From NCBI GenBank assembly GCA_034520965.1, contig JAXHMY010000003.1, positions 512,001 to 576,000 of the forward strand: a DNA stretch of 64,000 nucleotides. Direction: 5' to 3'. Source of the stretch: Spirochaetia bacterium (lineage in GTDB: Bacteria > Spirochaetota > Spirochaetia > DSM-16054 > Sediminispirochaetaceae). Each line of letters starts with the position of its first letter. Positions within the stretch are counted from its first letter, which is position 1. Shown here piece after piece: positions 11,354 to 21,047 of the stretch. The notes beneath the pieces were generated by a model. That model ran no database searches. It had not been told where the DNA came from and saw nothing but the letters and a program-made list of their open reading frames with translations. A program made the position numbers and the translations under genes.

Positions 11354-12655
11354 AGACTGTCCCGAAGCTTATTGATTTTATCGGCGCTTATCATTGTAGA
11401 CATAATTAGCATAAAGGCTTCTTTCAACTATATGCATATTTTGGTAGATACTCCCTTCCCTTTTTGAGGGGAGTACGATACAGGCGAAACCATAAGCCCC
11501 TCTCCCCGGGAGTAAGGTCCAGAAATGTGACAAAGGGTCGCCACACAAAGCGGCTCTCAAGCATCGGGGCTACGAGATTACCGTTCACACCGGCCAGATT
11601 CCAGTGCCACTTCCCGTCTCGGGCGGTTCTCCCGGTAGGGCTTGATGCAATTATGGTGGAGCCGATACACACACAGCCGCTCCAGAAGGTTGCTTGCATT
11701 TCTGGCTCGTATTCACCGTGTAGCGCATAATTGACAGTATCCTTTCGAAATTGCCTATCCATATAGTTAACAGCAAACAATTTATTCACCCGCCCCGGCT
11801 GTTTAGTCCCCTTTGCCGCATCGTGGATGATACACCCCTGCCGTACAGCAGGCTGAGCAAAGGCCTTGTGCCGGCGAAAAGCCCGCGGGTAGGCCTGGTG
11901 ATCATCGGTATACACCTTGAGAACTGTTTTATGCCGTCCTGCAAACAGATGCAAAAATCTCCTCGGCGAGCGCTGGCCATCGACTTTTCGATCCCCTTCG
12001 GATCAGGGCGACACACACGGTCAAAAAACTGCCGAACCGCTTTGGGTGGGGCTCATACGCCCCTTTTGACGCAGGGTGGTAAAGTCCATTGCATAGAAGT
12101 ACTGGGTTTCCTTACCGATTAAGAATATTCAGGTGGTGGGGGAAAATACCGGCCGCTGCAGGTAGCCCTCAAAACCATCTGCCACCAGGTCCTCCTTAAG
12201 GTGCATATGCTGACGGCTTAGGGCATGAAAGCCAAGGGCCCAGTGGGCCATGCGGAAGAGCCCGGTTTTCGGCCGAGCCGCGGGAGATTTCCAGATTGCG
12301 GGATAAATCGCGAATCCCGGCGGTGGACCTGAGCTGTCGGAAGATCTGCTCGTAGGATATAACTCTCTTCGCGTAATAGTTTAAGCTGAAGGTCTGATCG
12401 CTGAAGGTACGCTTACAGGCCAAGCATTGGTAGCGTTGAACTTTCCCAAAAGCCTCTGTACAATGGTGTCCATAACACCTATACCAATGACGGTGCTTAC
12501 CTTCAAAATGCTGAGAGCACTCCTTATAAGGACAAAATGGCGGTGTGATCATTCGCTTTCCCCTCCTCTTTGGTGGTTCTACCTATATAGAGGGGAAAAA
12601 AAGAGGCTCTGCTTCAACTCTGGTGTAAAAAAATCAATAAGCTTCGGTACAGTCT
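11354..12655 (-). mobile_element. Insertion sequence (1302 bp) with 26-bp terminal inverted repeats and IS1-like transposase
   Basis: agactgtcccgaagcttattgatttt (11354-11379) matches the reverse complement of 12630-12655 at 25/26 positions; encloses a transposase ORF. Confidence 0.85.
11424..12552 (-). pseudogene. IS1-like DDE transposase (Zn finger-HTH-catalytic domain), frameshifted
   Basis: PPFCPYKEC...QRYQCLACKRTFS zinc finger, GIRDLSRNLEIS HTH, ADGFE and YTDDH acidic motifs, LFAVNYMDRQFRKD; 3' end approximate. Confidence 0.75.
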
Positions 12656-12657
12656 AA

Positions 12658-14514
12658 TCATCTCACAGTCACAAGCAGTCCCAAAGCAAGACCTATCAAA
12701 CTATAAGGGCCGATAGGAAGTATTATCAAAGCCCCTGCAACAAGTATGATAAGGCGCTGCCGCAAATTAAGCTCTCCCCTCCAATAGCGCATAAAACCGG
12801 CCGAAAGTAACACAATGCCGAGCATAGTCTTGCCCAGGCCCAATAATCCTGAAACTGTGCTGCCGAGCAGAATCAGCGAAGGGTCATAGATAAACAAAAA
12901 GGGCAGCAGGAAGGCGGCAAAACTCAGTTTTAGTGATATTTTGGCCGTAGTTACCCAGTTTGCATCCGCCATCCCGGAGGCAATGTACACCGCTCCGCAA
13001 ATGGGGGGAGTAATTGCCGAGAGAATTGCAAAATAGAACACAAACAGATGCACCGCTAAAACTGGCAGACCAAACTCCATCAGCACCGGTCCTCCAACTA
13101 CCACCGCCATAATGTAGGCCGCCGTGGTCGGAACCTCCATACCAAGGATGATGCTGGTAAGGGCTATCAATAGAAGCGTGAGCAGCAGATTTCCTTGACT
13201 GAAAGAGAGCACCGACGAGCTTATCTTCACTCCCAGTCCGGTCATGGCAATTACTGCTATGATAATTTGGGCACTGGCGGTAATTGCAGCTATCAAGGCT
13301 GCCTGCCGGGCGCCGTTACGTACTGCCCCACCGAGCCGCGGCCAGGCGGCGCGAATCTCAATACTCCAGTCTTCGGAGATAAAAGCCAGAATGAGAGTGG
13401 ACATGGTCGCCCAGAAGGCGGCATACTGCGGCGTGTATTGCATCATCAGCCAGATAATCAGTACGGTAAAGGGAATCAGAAAAAAGCCGCTGGCCTTGAG
13501 GGTATCCCGCCCCGAGGGAATCTCACTTGCCGGAAGGCCGACATAACCCTCTCGCCGGCTGTAAAAGTGAATTCCGATCCCTACTGCAAAAAAATAGAGA
13601 AATGCAGGAATCAAGGCGTGGTATGCTACCTGAAGATAGGGCGTCTCTGTCAGCTCGGCCATCACAAAGGCTCCCGCTCCCATAATCGGCGGCATAATTT
13701 GTCCTCCGGTGCTGGCCACCGCCTCAACCGCAGCAGCCATCTCCGGCTTGTACTTCAACCTCTTCATCATGGGGATAGAAAAAGAGCCGGTGGTAGCCAC
13801 ATTTGCGCTGGCACTACCCGATACCGAACCAAACAGAGCACTGGAGATAGTGGCCACTTTCGCGGGTCCACCGGAAAAACGGCCGGCCAGCTTTATTGCC
13901 AGGCGCATAAAACCGGTCCCTCCACCGGTAGCAAAGATAAAAGCCCCAAAAAACACAAAAATAGCTATTACATTGGTACTTACCCCCACCAGCAAGCCCC
14001 ATAGCCCGCCGGTTGTAAGGAAGAGCTGGCCCGAAAGTGTCATTAGGTCGTATTTTGGATGACCGAAGGTCCCTGGAATTAAGTGTCCAAACAATGCGTA
14101 CAGCAGAAAGATCAAAGCTATTATCGGCAGGGTTGGTTTGATCATTCTGCGGGCCGATTCCAAAATAAGGGCAATTAAAATAAATGTCGCCGCCACCTGC
14201 CAATTCCCGGTGGGAATTCCGTACTGATGCACTATCTGTGGATAATCAATAAACACATAGAGGGTAACCGTTAGCCCCAATAAAGCCAGAAGAACATCTA
14301 ACATTTCTCTCCATTTTGGAAGCCGGCCCTGTTTTTTCTCGGTAAAAGTCTCGCCGAGAAAAATCAGAATAAAAGCAAAGGCCAAATGCAGCGCCCTGGC
14401 ACGTAGTGCCGGGAGAAACGCATACACCGGTAGTACCAGTTGATACAGTGCAAAGAGGAGCGCGGCTCCGAAAACGAAGCCGCGCATACCTCGGTATACC
14501 GAGTCTACTCTCAT
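12658..14514 (-). CDS. TRAP transporter fused 4TM/12TM permease (TAXI type)
   Basis: GGPAKV, SGSASANVATTG, EAVASTGGQIMPPIMGAGAF, GMEVPTTAAY, ITPP motifs. Confidence 0.92.
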   Translation of the reverse strand: MRVDSVYRGMRGFVFGAALLFALYQLVLPVYAFLPALRARALHLAFAFILIFLGETFTEKKQGRLPKWREMLDVLLALLGLTVTLYVFIDYPQIVHQYGIPTGNWQVAATFILIALILESARRMIKPTLPIIALIFLLYALFGHLIPGTFGHPKYDLMTLSGQLFLTTGGLWGLLVGVSTNVIAIFVFFGAFIFATGGGTGFMRLAIKLAGRFSGGPAKVATISSALFGSVSGSASANVATTGSFSIPMMKRLKYKPEMAAAVEAVASTGGQIMPPIMGAGAFVMAELTETPYLQVAYHALIPAFLYFFAVGIGIHFYSRREGYVGLPASEIPSGRDTLKASGFFLIPFTVLIIWLMMQYTPQYAAFWATMSTLILAFISEDWSIEIRAAWPRLGGAVRNGARQAALIAAITASAQIIIAVIAMTGLGVKISSSVLSFSQGNLLLTLLLIALTSIILGMEVPTTAAYIMAVVVGGPVLMEFGLPVLAVHLFVFYFAILSAITPPICGAVYIASGMADANWVTTAKISLKLSFAAFLLPFLFIYDPSLILLGSTVSGLLGLGKTMLGIVLLSAGFMRYWRGELNLRQRLIILVAGALIILPIGPYSLIGLALGLLVTVR

Positions 14515-14526
14515 AATTTTAACTGT

Positions 14527-15465
14527 CTATCTCATACCGGGATTAACGTCAAAGCCAATCTCACGATAGTAACGCAGCGCACCGGGATGAAGGCGGGCTT
14601 TCATGGAGTTGACATCCTGCATATTGATAAGCTTCATCGCCGGATGAGTCCCTTCCCATTCTGAACGGTTTTCCCAAAACGCTTTAGTCAGCTTATACGC
14701 AGTATCCTCGGAGAGGTTTTTCGTGCTGTAAAGAGCCACCGGCAAACTAATAGTATCCACATCTTGATCCACACCCTTATATAGACCGGCAGGAATAACT
14801 GTGCGGGTGTACTGGTCACTCACCTTTGCGAAGTCGGCATCGGAAAGCTCGAGGATTCGTACATCTATGGTAGAAGCAATCTCTTGTACCATCGAAGCCG
14901 GAGGTGTGCTGGAAGTTCCAAATCCTACTGCTCGACGGTTACGCACGGCTCGTACTCCTTCACTCAAGTCCACGGTCAGCAGATTAATATCATCGTAAAT
15001 CCCTTTGGATTCCAACACCGCCCGAGTAATACGCTCACCAGCCGAGCCGGCGCCGCCGGGAATAAATCGCTTCCCCGCCAGATCCTCTAAGCTCTCTACC
15101 CCGCTGTCTTTGCGAACAACCCAGTGCATTACCAATCCTGGAATTGGCCATAGGGAGCGAATATTTTCGTAACCACCCTCACTGAACTGTCCTCCTGCGT
15201 TTATCGCTTCCTGCACCAAGGAAGGCGGCGAGGTAAACAGAAAATTCTGTCGTACCCGTGCCATCTTGACGTTTTCCACCGATCCGGCACTTGTTTCAAC
15301 TGTAACATTCGAGTCTGAAGCATGTTTGTTCAATGTTTCAGCTATACCCACCGCAAAGGCGTAGTAAGTTGAAGTCTGACGGGCACTCTTTAAGCTCAGA
15401 TTTTCGGCAAAAAGCGTACCTGTAGATAGAAACACGATAAGTAAAAAAATTGCTGCTCTTTTCAT
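14527..15465 (-). CDS. TAXI family TRAP transporter solute-binding subunit
   Basis: Signal peptide, TSAGSVEN, GGAGS, LHPGALRYYRE motifs; adjacent to the fused permease. Confidence 0.9.
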   Translation of the reverse strand: MKRAAIFLLIVFLSTGTLFAENLSLKSARQTSTYYAFAVGIAETLNKHASDSNVTVETSAGSVENVKMARVRQNFLFTSPPSLVQEAINAGGQFSEGGYENIRSLWPIPGLVMHWVVRKDSGVESLEDLAGKRFIPGGAGSAGERITRAVLESKGIYDDINLLTVDLSEGVRAVRNRRAVGFGTSSTPPASMVQEIASTIDVRILELSDADFAKVSDQYTRTVIPAGLYKGVDQDVDTISLPVALYSTKNLSEDTAYKLTKAFWENRSEWEGTHPAMKLINMQDVNSMKARLHPGALRYYREIGFDVNPGMR

Positions 15466-15567
15466 AACACGTCCTTTCTAAATTCTAAATTTGATTCTAA
15501 TTTACGGCAAAACTACTTACTTTTTGGTTAACAGCAGTAGCAGTAACAGATTAATATATCAGAAGCA

Positions 15568-15596
15568 AGAATAGAGTAAAAAAGAAATCGTGTCAA
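15568..15596 (-). promoter_or_regulatory. Sigma70-type promoter for the TAXI-TRAP operon
   Basis: Minus strand TTGACA-17 bp-TATTCT. Confidence 0.6.
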
Positions 15597-15684
15597 ATCA
15601 AACGGCTATATCGCAGCAGTACCGCGGCTTTTTGCCTTTGTTCAAGATACACAACTTAGCTGATGCTTTTTGAGGCGGTTTTAA

Positions 15685-16737
15685 TTATGCGATCGTAACA
15701 TCCTCGCTGAGAAACACATCCTGAATTGTCTGGAGCAGTTGGATGCCGTCATTCATAGGGCGCTGGAAGGCTTTGCGTCCGGAGATAAGGCCCATACCGC
15801 CGGCTCGCTTGTTAATTACTGCGGTGCGAACTACCGCTTCCAGGTCGCCCTTGCCTTTAGAGGCCCCGCCGGAATTAATCAGACCGGCACGGCCCGCAAA
15901 ACTGCTGATTACCTGGTAGCGGGTGCGGTCGATAGGGTGGTCCCCGGAGAGTTCGCTATAAACCCTGTCGTCGGTTTTCCCAAACGTAAGGGCTTTGAAG
16001 CCCCCGTCGGTGGTGGGCTGCTTCTGCTTGATGATATCCGCTTCAATTGTTACCCCCAAGTGGTTAGCCTGGCCGGTGAGATCGGCAGCGGTGTGGTAGT
16101 CGTCGTCTTTGGTCTTGAAATCCGGGTTGCGCAGATAACACCACAGAATGGTTACCAACCCGCGTTCATGGGCATACGAGAAGGCATCGGAGATTTCCTC
16201 TATTTGCCGTTGGCTCTCCTCGGAGCCAAAATAGATTGTCGCTCCTACTGCGACTGCGCCCATATCAAAGGCCTGGTCAACATTGGCAAACAGTATTTGA
16301 TCGTGGGTATTAGGATAGGAGAGAAGCTCGTTGTGGTTGATTTTCGCAATAAAGGGAATCTTGTGGGCATACTTGCGTGCAACAGACCCGAGCACTCCCA
16401 AAGAGGAAGCCACGGCATTACAGCCGGCTTCATGGGCAAGCTTCACTATGTTCTCGGGGTCGAAGTAGATGGGGTTGGGTGCAAAAGAGGCTCCCGCACT
16501 ATGCTCTATTCCCTGGTCGACCGGCAGCACCGATAAATATCCGCTGCCCCCCAGACGACCATGGTCAAATAGGCTTTGCATATTACGCAGCACCGCCGCG
16601 CTGCGGTCCGAATCCTTCCACACTCGGTCGATAAAATCAGGTCCCGGCAAATGCAGGTTATCCGCCGAGTATTTGGCCTTATAGCTAAGTAAATCCTGCG
16701 CTTCATTTCCTAAAAGGGACTGTATTGAATTATTCAT
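15685..16737 (-). CDS. fbaB: Class I fructose-bisphosphate aldolase (DhnA type)
   Basis: [44 protein letters not shown]. Confidence 0.95.
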   Translation of the reverse strand: MNNSIQSLLGNEAQDLLSYKAKYSADNLHLPGPDFIDRVWKDSDRSAAVLRNMQSLFDHGRLGGSGYLSVLPVDQGIEHSAGASFAPNPIYFDPENIVKLAHEAGCNAVASSLGVLGSVARKYAHKIPFIAKINHNELLSYPNTHDQILFANVDQAFDMGAVAVGATIYFGSEESQRQIEEISDAFSYAHERGLVTILWCYLRNPDFKTKDDDYHTAADLTGQANHLGVTIEADIIKQKQPTTDGGFKALTFGKTDDRVYSELSGDHPIDRTRYQVISSFAGRAGLINSGGASKGKGDLEAVVRTAVINKRAGGMGLISGRKAFQRPMNDGIQLLQTIQDVFLSEDVTIA

Positions 16738-16793
16738 AACATCCTCCTTCCTCTAGGATACAAAATTTTTTCTCTAATTTCAAAGTGCCACTG

Positions 16794-16935
16794 CGGCAAT
16801 TCGCAATTTGAAAATTTTTAAAAAATTTTCAAATTGCGAATGCTTACATTTTGTTTAAGATAAGTAGTTTATCTTAAAGATGTTGTGGGTATTCTCATTT
16901 TGGAAGTCTTATGACTTCCAAAATGAGAATTCCTG
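16794..16935. mobile_element. 142-bp MITE-like element made of three perfect palindromes, flanked by a 9-bp direct repeat
   Basis: gtgccactg at 16785-16793 and 16936-16944; imperfect terminal IRs (15/20); internal perfect IRs of 21, 10 and 18 bp. Confidence 0.75.
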
Positions 16936-16984
16936 GTGCCACTGAGAACATTTACTCGCGGTATATGCTATAGTCAACGATACT

Positions 16985-17530
16985 ATGATGGGTCTGTATG
17001 TGCTGTTAGTCATTAGTCTTCTTGTCGCAACATCCCTCGTTTACTCCGGCTGGCGAAATGGAATAACTCCCATGCCAAGCTCCCGCAAGGCTAAGGACGC
17101 ACTAGTCAAAACCACGGTCGAGGAGCTGCGTCAGGTCAAGACCAACTCTGCAGTGGTGATAGAAACTGGCTCAGGCTGGGGAGGTGTCGCCCTGTCTCTG
17201 GCCGCCCGTCTACCGCAGTCCAAAATTCAAGGGTATGAGAATTCCCCCTTTCCCTATCTGATCTCCCGACTGAGGGCTAAATTGGCGGGCTACGACAATC
17301 TAAATTTTCGCTTCGGTGATTACCGCCGCGCCCCACTCGCCTCATCCGACATCCTCGTGTGTTACCTCTTTCCCGGAGGTATGCAGGATATCGCCAAGCT
17401 TAAGCTAACCGGCCCGGTAATCATCAGCAACACCTTCGCCCTCCCTGACCATACCCCCGACCGCCGTATACAGTCGGGTGACACCGCCCTCTCTATTATC
17501 TATGTCTACCGACCGGAGCAGCTCCGATAG
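16985..17530 (+). CDS. Class I SAM-dependent methyltransferase with N-terminal membrane anchor
   Basis: TM helix, ITPMPS, ETGSGWG motif I, CYLFP, ISNTF. Confidence 0.8.
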   Translation: MMGLYVLLVISLLVATSLVYSGWRNGITPMPSSRKAKDALVKTTVEELRQVKTNSAVVIETGSGWGGVALSLAARLPQSKIQGYENSPFPYLISRLRAKLAGYDNLNFRFGDYRRAPLASSDILVCYLFPGGMQDIAKLKLTGPVIISNTFALPDHTPDRRIQSGDTALSIIYVYRPEQLR

Positions 17531-20500
17531 CCCTCTTCACGGCTGAAGAGGGATTGGATATCCTCCGCCGAAAGCTCGCGCAGCGCAGCTCCTTCATTTT
17601 GGATGAGCCGTTCGGACAGAGAACGCTTTCTTGCCTGCAGACGCATTATTTTCTCCTCGATGGTGCCCTTGGTTATCAGTCGGTAGGCCAGAACCCTGCC
17701 GACACGGCCAATTCTGTGGGCTCGATCAATGGCCTGGGACTCCACCGCAGGGTTCCACCACGGGTCGAGCAGAAAGACATAATCCGCCGCGGTAAGATTG
17801 ATGCCTACCCCGCCGGCCTTAAGACTAATTAGAAAACAAGCAGCCCCTTCCACACCCTGAAACTCATCAATTTGCCTATCCCGCTCGCTCTGGGGGGTAC
17901 TTCCATCCAACCGCATTAGCTGCAGCCCGCTTTCTGCCAAACGCAACTCCACCTCATCGAGAACGGAGGTAAACTGTGAAAATACCAAAGCCTTATTTCC
18001 TTCATCCCGCAATTCAACTATACGGTCGTACAGTAAATCCAGCTTGGCACTCGGGACCTTATTATATTCCGAATCAACCAGGGCCGGTAGAATTGCTGCT
18101 TGCCTCAGTCGCAGCATTGCCTCGAGTAATAACTTACCTCCATGCATAACCCCTTTTTTCTTCATGTTCTCCTTCACTTCTCGTTCGTACCACTGCCGCA
18201 GTGATTCATATACCCGGCTCTGCCTGCGGCCCGCTTCGGCATACAGCACAAGCTCCTCCCGCGGCGGCAGTTCTGGTGCTACAGCCGCCTTTGTTCGGCG
18301 CAATATAAGGGGGCGGATAATCCGCTGAAGACTCTCTAAAGCTGTTCCAGATTCCTGTTTTTCAATCTCTTCCCCATAGCGCCGGGTAAAATCTGTTCGT
18401 GTGCCAAGAATTCCAGGTATTAAGATATCGATAAGCGACCACAGTTCAAGGGTGTTGTTTTCCATCGGAGTTCCGGTCAAAGCCAACCGGTGCTGGGCCG
18501 GAATAGCAGCAACTGCTTTGCGGCGCTTCGCCCGGGGATTCTTTATCGCCTGAGCCTCATCCAGAATAAGGTAGTTAAAATCGGCATCCTTCATCAGCTG
18601 TGCATCCTGGTAAAGGGTAGCGTAACTTACCAGCACGATGTCGGCAGTGCACAGCTGTTGCGCAGTGCAGGCCCGCTGCGGCCCGGCATGAATAGCGATG
18701 CTGAACTGTGGGGTGAACCTCCGGCATTCACTCTGCCAGTTACCAAGGGTACATACCGGACACACCACCAGTACCCGGCACAGCTGCCCTTCCTCGTGGA
18801 CTTTTGCTAAAAGGGCTAGAGCCTGGATAGTCTTTCCCAATCCCATATCATCAGCTAAGCAGCCTCCAAGCTTATAACTGTGCAGGAACCAAAGCCACGA
18901 CAGCCCGCTGCGCTGGTACGGCCGCAGGATTCCCCTGAAAGAGGCGGGAACCGCCGTTTCCTGCAGCTGGGAAAAGGAGGCCAAGCGCTCTTTCAGAGAG
19001 AAAAAGTCCTCCAATCCCGGATGGTCGGAATTGAACACATGATCTACCAGAGCCTCCAAAGCTGCAAAGTCCCGCCGACCAACCCGTTTATTTGCCACCG
19101 CTTGGCACATCGCAGCCATGTCGGAGTCCGGCGGCAGTACGTACAGTTTACCCCCGGCACGAACAATTCCCCTGGCAGGGATATCCTCAAGGGGAATAAA
19201 ATCATCCTTTATTTGAAAACCGGCTTCTACCTTTAACCAAAACTCCCCACTACTGGTGATGTAGACCCCCGGAGTTCCCGGGGGACGATACAGCTTCTGC
19301 CGTTCCAGCTGCAATTCAAACCCACGGTCCTGCAAATCCTTTCCCAGGCCTGATAGAGCATCATAAAGTTCTTGGGAGCAACTGAAATTTTCGCTGTCTA
19401 ATGGAAGATCTGCCTCATCCGTACCGGTACCCTTATGGTTCCGGATTGTCGAACGCAGAATCCTTGCAAATTCGTCTTCCACCTGTGAATCAGTTGCAAT
19501 AAACCACTGAAGTTCCTTTTCACTTGTACCGGTATTCCCAGCTACACCAGCCTCCTCCGCCGCTGCTTTGGCCTTTCCATAGAGTTTCTGAGACCCATTT
19601 AATATCGTCCTTACTTCTTCAAGCGAAACAGAGATAAGCTCGTTTCTCCCGGGGTAACGTAATTCCTCACCTTTATAGCGAAAGAAAAGCTGTATTTCGA
19701 TGTAGGTGTCTTCTTCCATCCCCCCGCCCAGCATGTGAAAATTAGCTACCGGAGTGGGAACCAAGGTAATTATCCGCAGATTTACGGGCACCGGAGCAAC
19801 CTCGACCAAACCGGAAAATCGACTGCGGCAGAGGTCGGAGAAGGTGCGGGCCTCTGCCGCGGTAAAGCCGGTCAACATATACAGCATTGTGGCCACCGCC
19901 TGTATCTTACCGGGTTCAGCTTCCGGAATTTCCAGTTGAAACAGATGCCACAAGCTTCCGGTTGATGGGGTGACTACCAGTAGTGCATCGACATCGTGTT
20001 CATATGTAAGCTGCCCGGCATCAAATTTTTCACAGTAATCCGTCTTATCGTAGAGCTCCAGTATCGGCCAATAGTACAATTGCTGGTGGTACTGCCGCTC
20101 CAGGCGCCAGCTAATACCAATGCGAGCTATTCGCCGGGTCACCGCCGGCAGCTCACGATCTAAGCGGCTGGGCCGCTCCAGATACAACTCTACGGGAATT
20201 TCCATAGTAGGAGCCCCTCGACGGAAGGCCTCTGTACACCAGTGGCGGCACAAGCCCATCGCTCTGCTGCTGTAATCCGAATGGTCGCATTCGGACATGT
20301 GGAATTTGGCGGTGCCGGCAAGACGGCTCAGCAGTTTTTCAGAAGCATCATCACCCCGCCGTCGGAACATACCGGGCTTATACTGCACAATTCTTCCGTC
20401 AGCCCCGTTTTTACGCAGGTATACCAGTACGGGCTCAATCAAGAGTTGTATTTCCGTCGGCTGCTGGAAATTCTGCACACTGCTAAGTCTAAAGGCGAGG

Positions 20501-20964
20501 CGGAAACAGGCGGTTTCAGAACAATTACCGATCGACCGAGGTACCATAAGTTGGCTAAAAAAAGGGTCCTGCTCCAAGGAACCGGAATACTCCTGCAGGG
20601 GAACATCCACCGGGGTTACATCTAAAACCTCACCAGGTTTAAAGTCTTCCTCAGCTGAAGGCGATTGGATGGTATACAGAAGCGCCCCAATATGTTTACA
20701 GGGTTTATAATAGGAGGGGCAGCTGCACTCACCCCTCAGTTGAGTGCCCCTGCGATGCAGCTCTACCCAGTACACAGCGTGTCCCCCGACAACTTCCGCG
20801 CTGAACAACTCCGGCTCAATCGCATGAAATATACATGAATCTCGATAGTACAATCCAAGCGCTCTTTGCTTTAAGGCCGGGTTATCAAATAGCCGATCTA
20901 ATTCAATCCGTGAAAGATAGCTCCGCCATTGTTCAAACGCATCTTGAGTTTCACATAGCTCCAT
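17506..20964 (-). CDS. SWIM zinc finger-SNF2 family helicase
   Basis: CSCP..PCKH SWIM; LRPYQ, LADDMGLGKT, DEAQ, LTGTP, QAIDRAHRIG. Confidence 0.92.
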   Translation of the reverse strand: MELCETQDAFEQWRSYLSRIELDRLFDNPALKQRALGLYYRDSCIFHAIEPELFSAEVVGGHAVYWVELHRRGTQLRGECSCPSYYKPCKHIGALLYTIQSPSAEEDFKPGEVLDVTPVDVPLQEYSGSLEQDPFFSQLMVPRSIGNCSETACFRLAFRLSSVQNFQQPTEIQLLIEPVLVYLRKNGADGRIVQYKPGMFRRRGDDASEKLLSRLAGTAKFHMSECDHSDYSSRAMGLCRHWCTEAFRRGAPTMEIPVELYLERPSRLDRELPAVTRRIARIGISWRLERQYHQQLYYWPILELYDKTDYCEKFDAGQLTYEHDVDALLVVTPSTGSLWHLFQLEIPEAEPGKIQAVATMLYMLTGFTAAEARTFSDLCRSRFSGLVEVAPVPVNLRIITLVPTPVANFHMLGGGMEEDTYIEIQLFFRYKGEELRYPGRNELISVSLEEVRTILNGSQKLYGKAKAAAEEAGVAGNTGTSEKELQWFIATDSQVEDEFARILRSTIRNHKGTGTDEADLPLDSENFSCSQELYDALSGLGKDLQDRGFELQLERQKLYRPPGTPGVYITSSGEFWLKVEAGFQIKDDFIPLEDIPARGIVRAGGKLYVLPPDSDMAAMCQAVANKRVGRRDFAALEALVDHVFNSDHPGLEDFFSLKERLASFSQLQETAVPASFRGILRPYQRSGLSWLWFLHSYKLGGCLADDMGLGKTIQALALLAKVHEEGQLCRVLVVCPVCTLGNWQSECRRFTPQFSIAIHAGPQRACTAQQLCTADIVLVSYATLYQDAQLMKDADFNYLILDEAQAIKNPRAKRRKAVAAIPAQHRLALTGTPMENNTLELWSLIDILIPGILGTRTDFTRRYGEEIEKQESGTALESLQRIIRPLILRRTKAAVAPELPPREELVLYAEAGRRQSRVYESLRQWYEREVKENMKKKGVMHGGKLLLEAMLRLRQAAILPALVDSEYNKVPSAKLDLLYDRIVELRDEGNKALVFSQFTSVLDEVELRLAESGLQLMRLDGSTPQSERDRQIDEFQGVEGAACFLISLKAGGVGINLTAADYVFLLDPWWNPAVESQAIDRAHRIGRVGRVLAYRLITKGTIEEKIMRLQARKRSLSERLIQNEGAALRELSAEDIQSLFSREEGYRSCSGR

Positions 20965-21047
20965 GATTCCCCCTATTTATTAATAGAGGGGGTGAAATGG
21001 CCTGCTGCTTTTAAATCAGTCTAAAATAAAGTTGCAAAATTCTCATT

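Noticed and set aside
6605..12552. Dense frameshifts suggesting mass pseudogenisation or programmed recoding (also 21-22, 41.3-43.6 and 53.4-64 kb)
   Set aside because: Indels cluster by region across unrelated genes while motifs stay intact, which fits low-coverage long-read consensus error. 'Pseudogene' labels here only describe this sequence.
16799..16841. 43-bp palindrome as a hairpin-telomere or telomere-resolvase site
   Set aside because: Flanks are unique genes, no resolvase is nearby, and the 9-bp direct repeat with TIRs explains it better as a MITE
16985..20964. Methyltransferase plus SNF2 helicase as a defence system
   Set aside because: Genes are convergent, the methyltransferase is membrane-anchored without DNA-MTase motifs, and no nuclease is present
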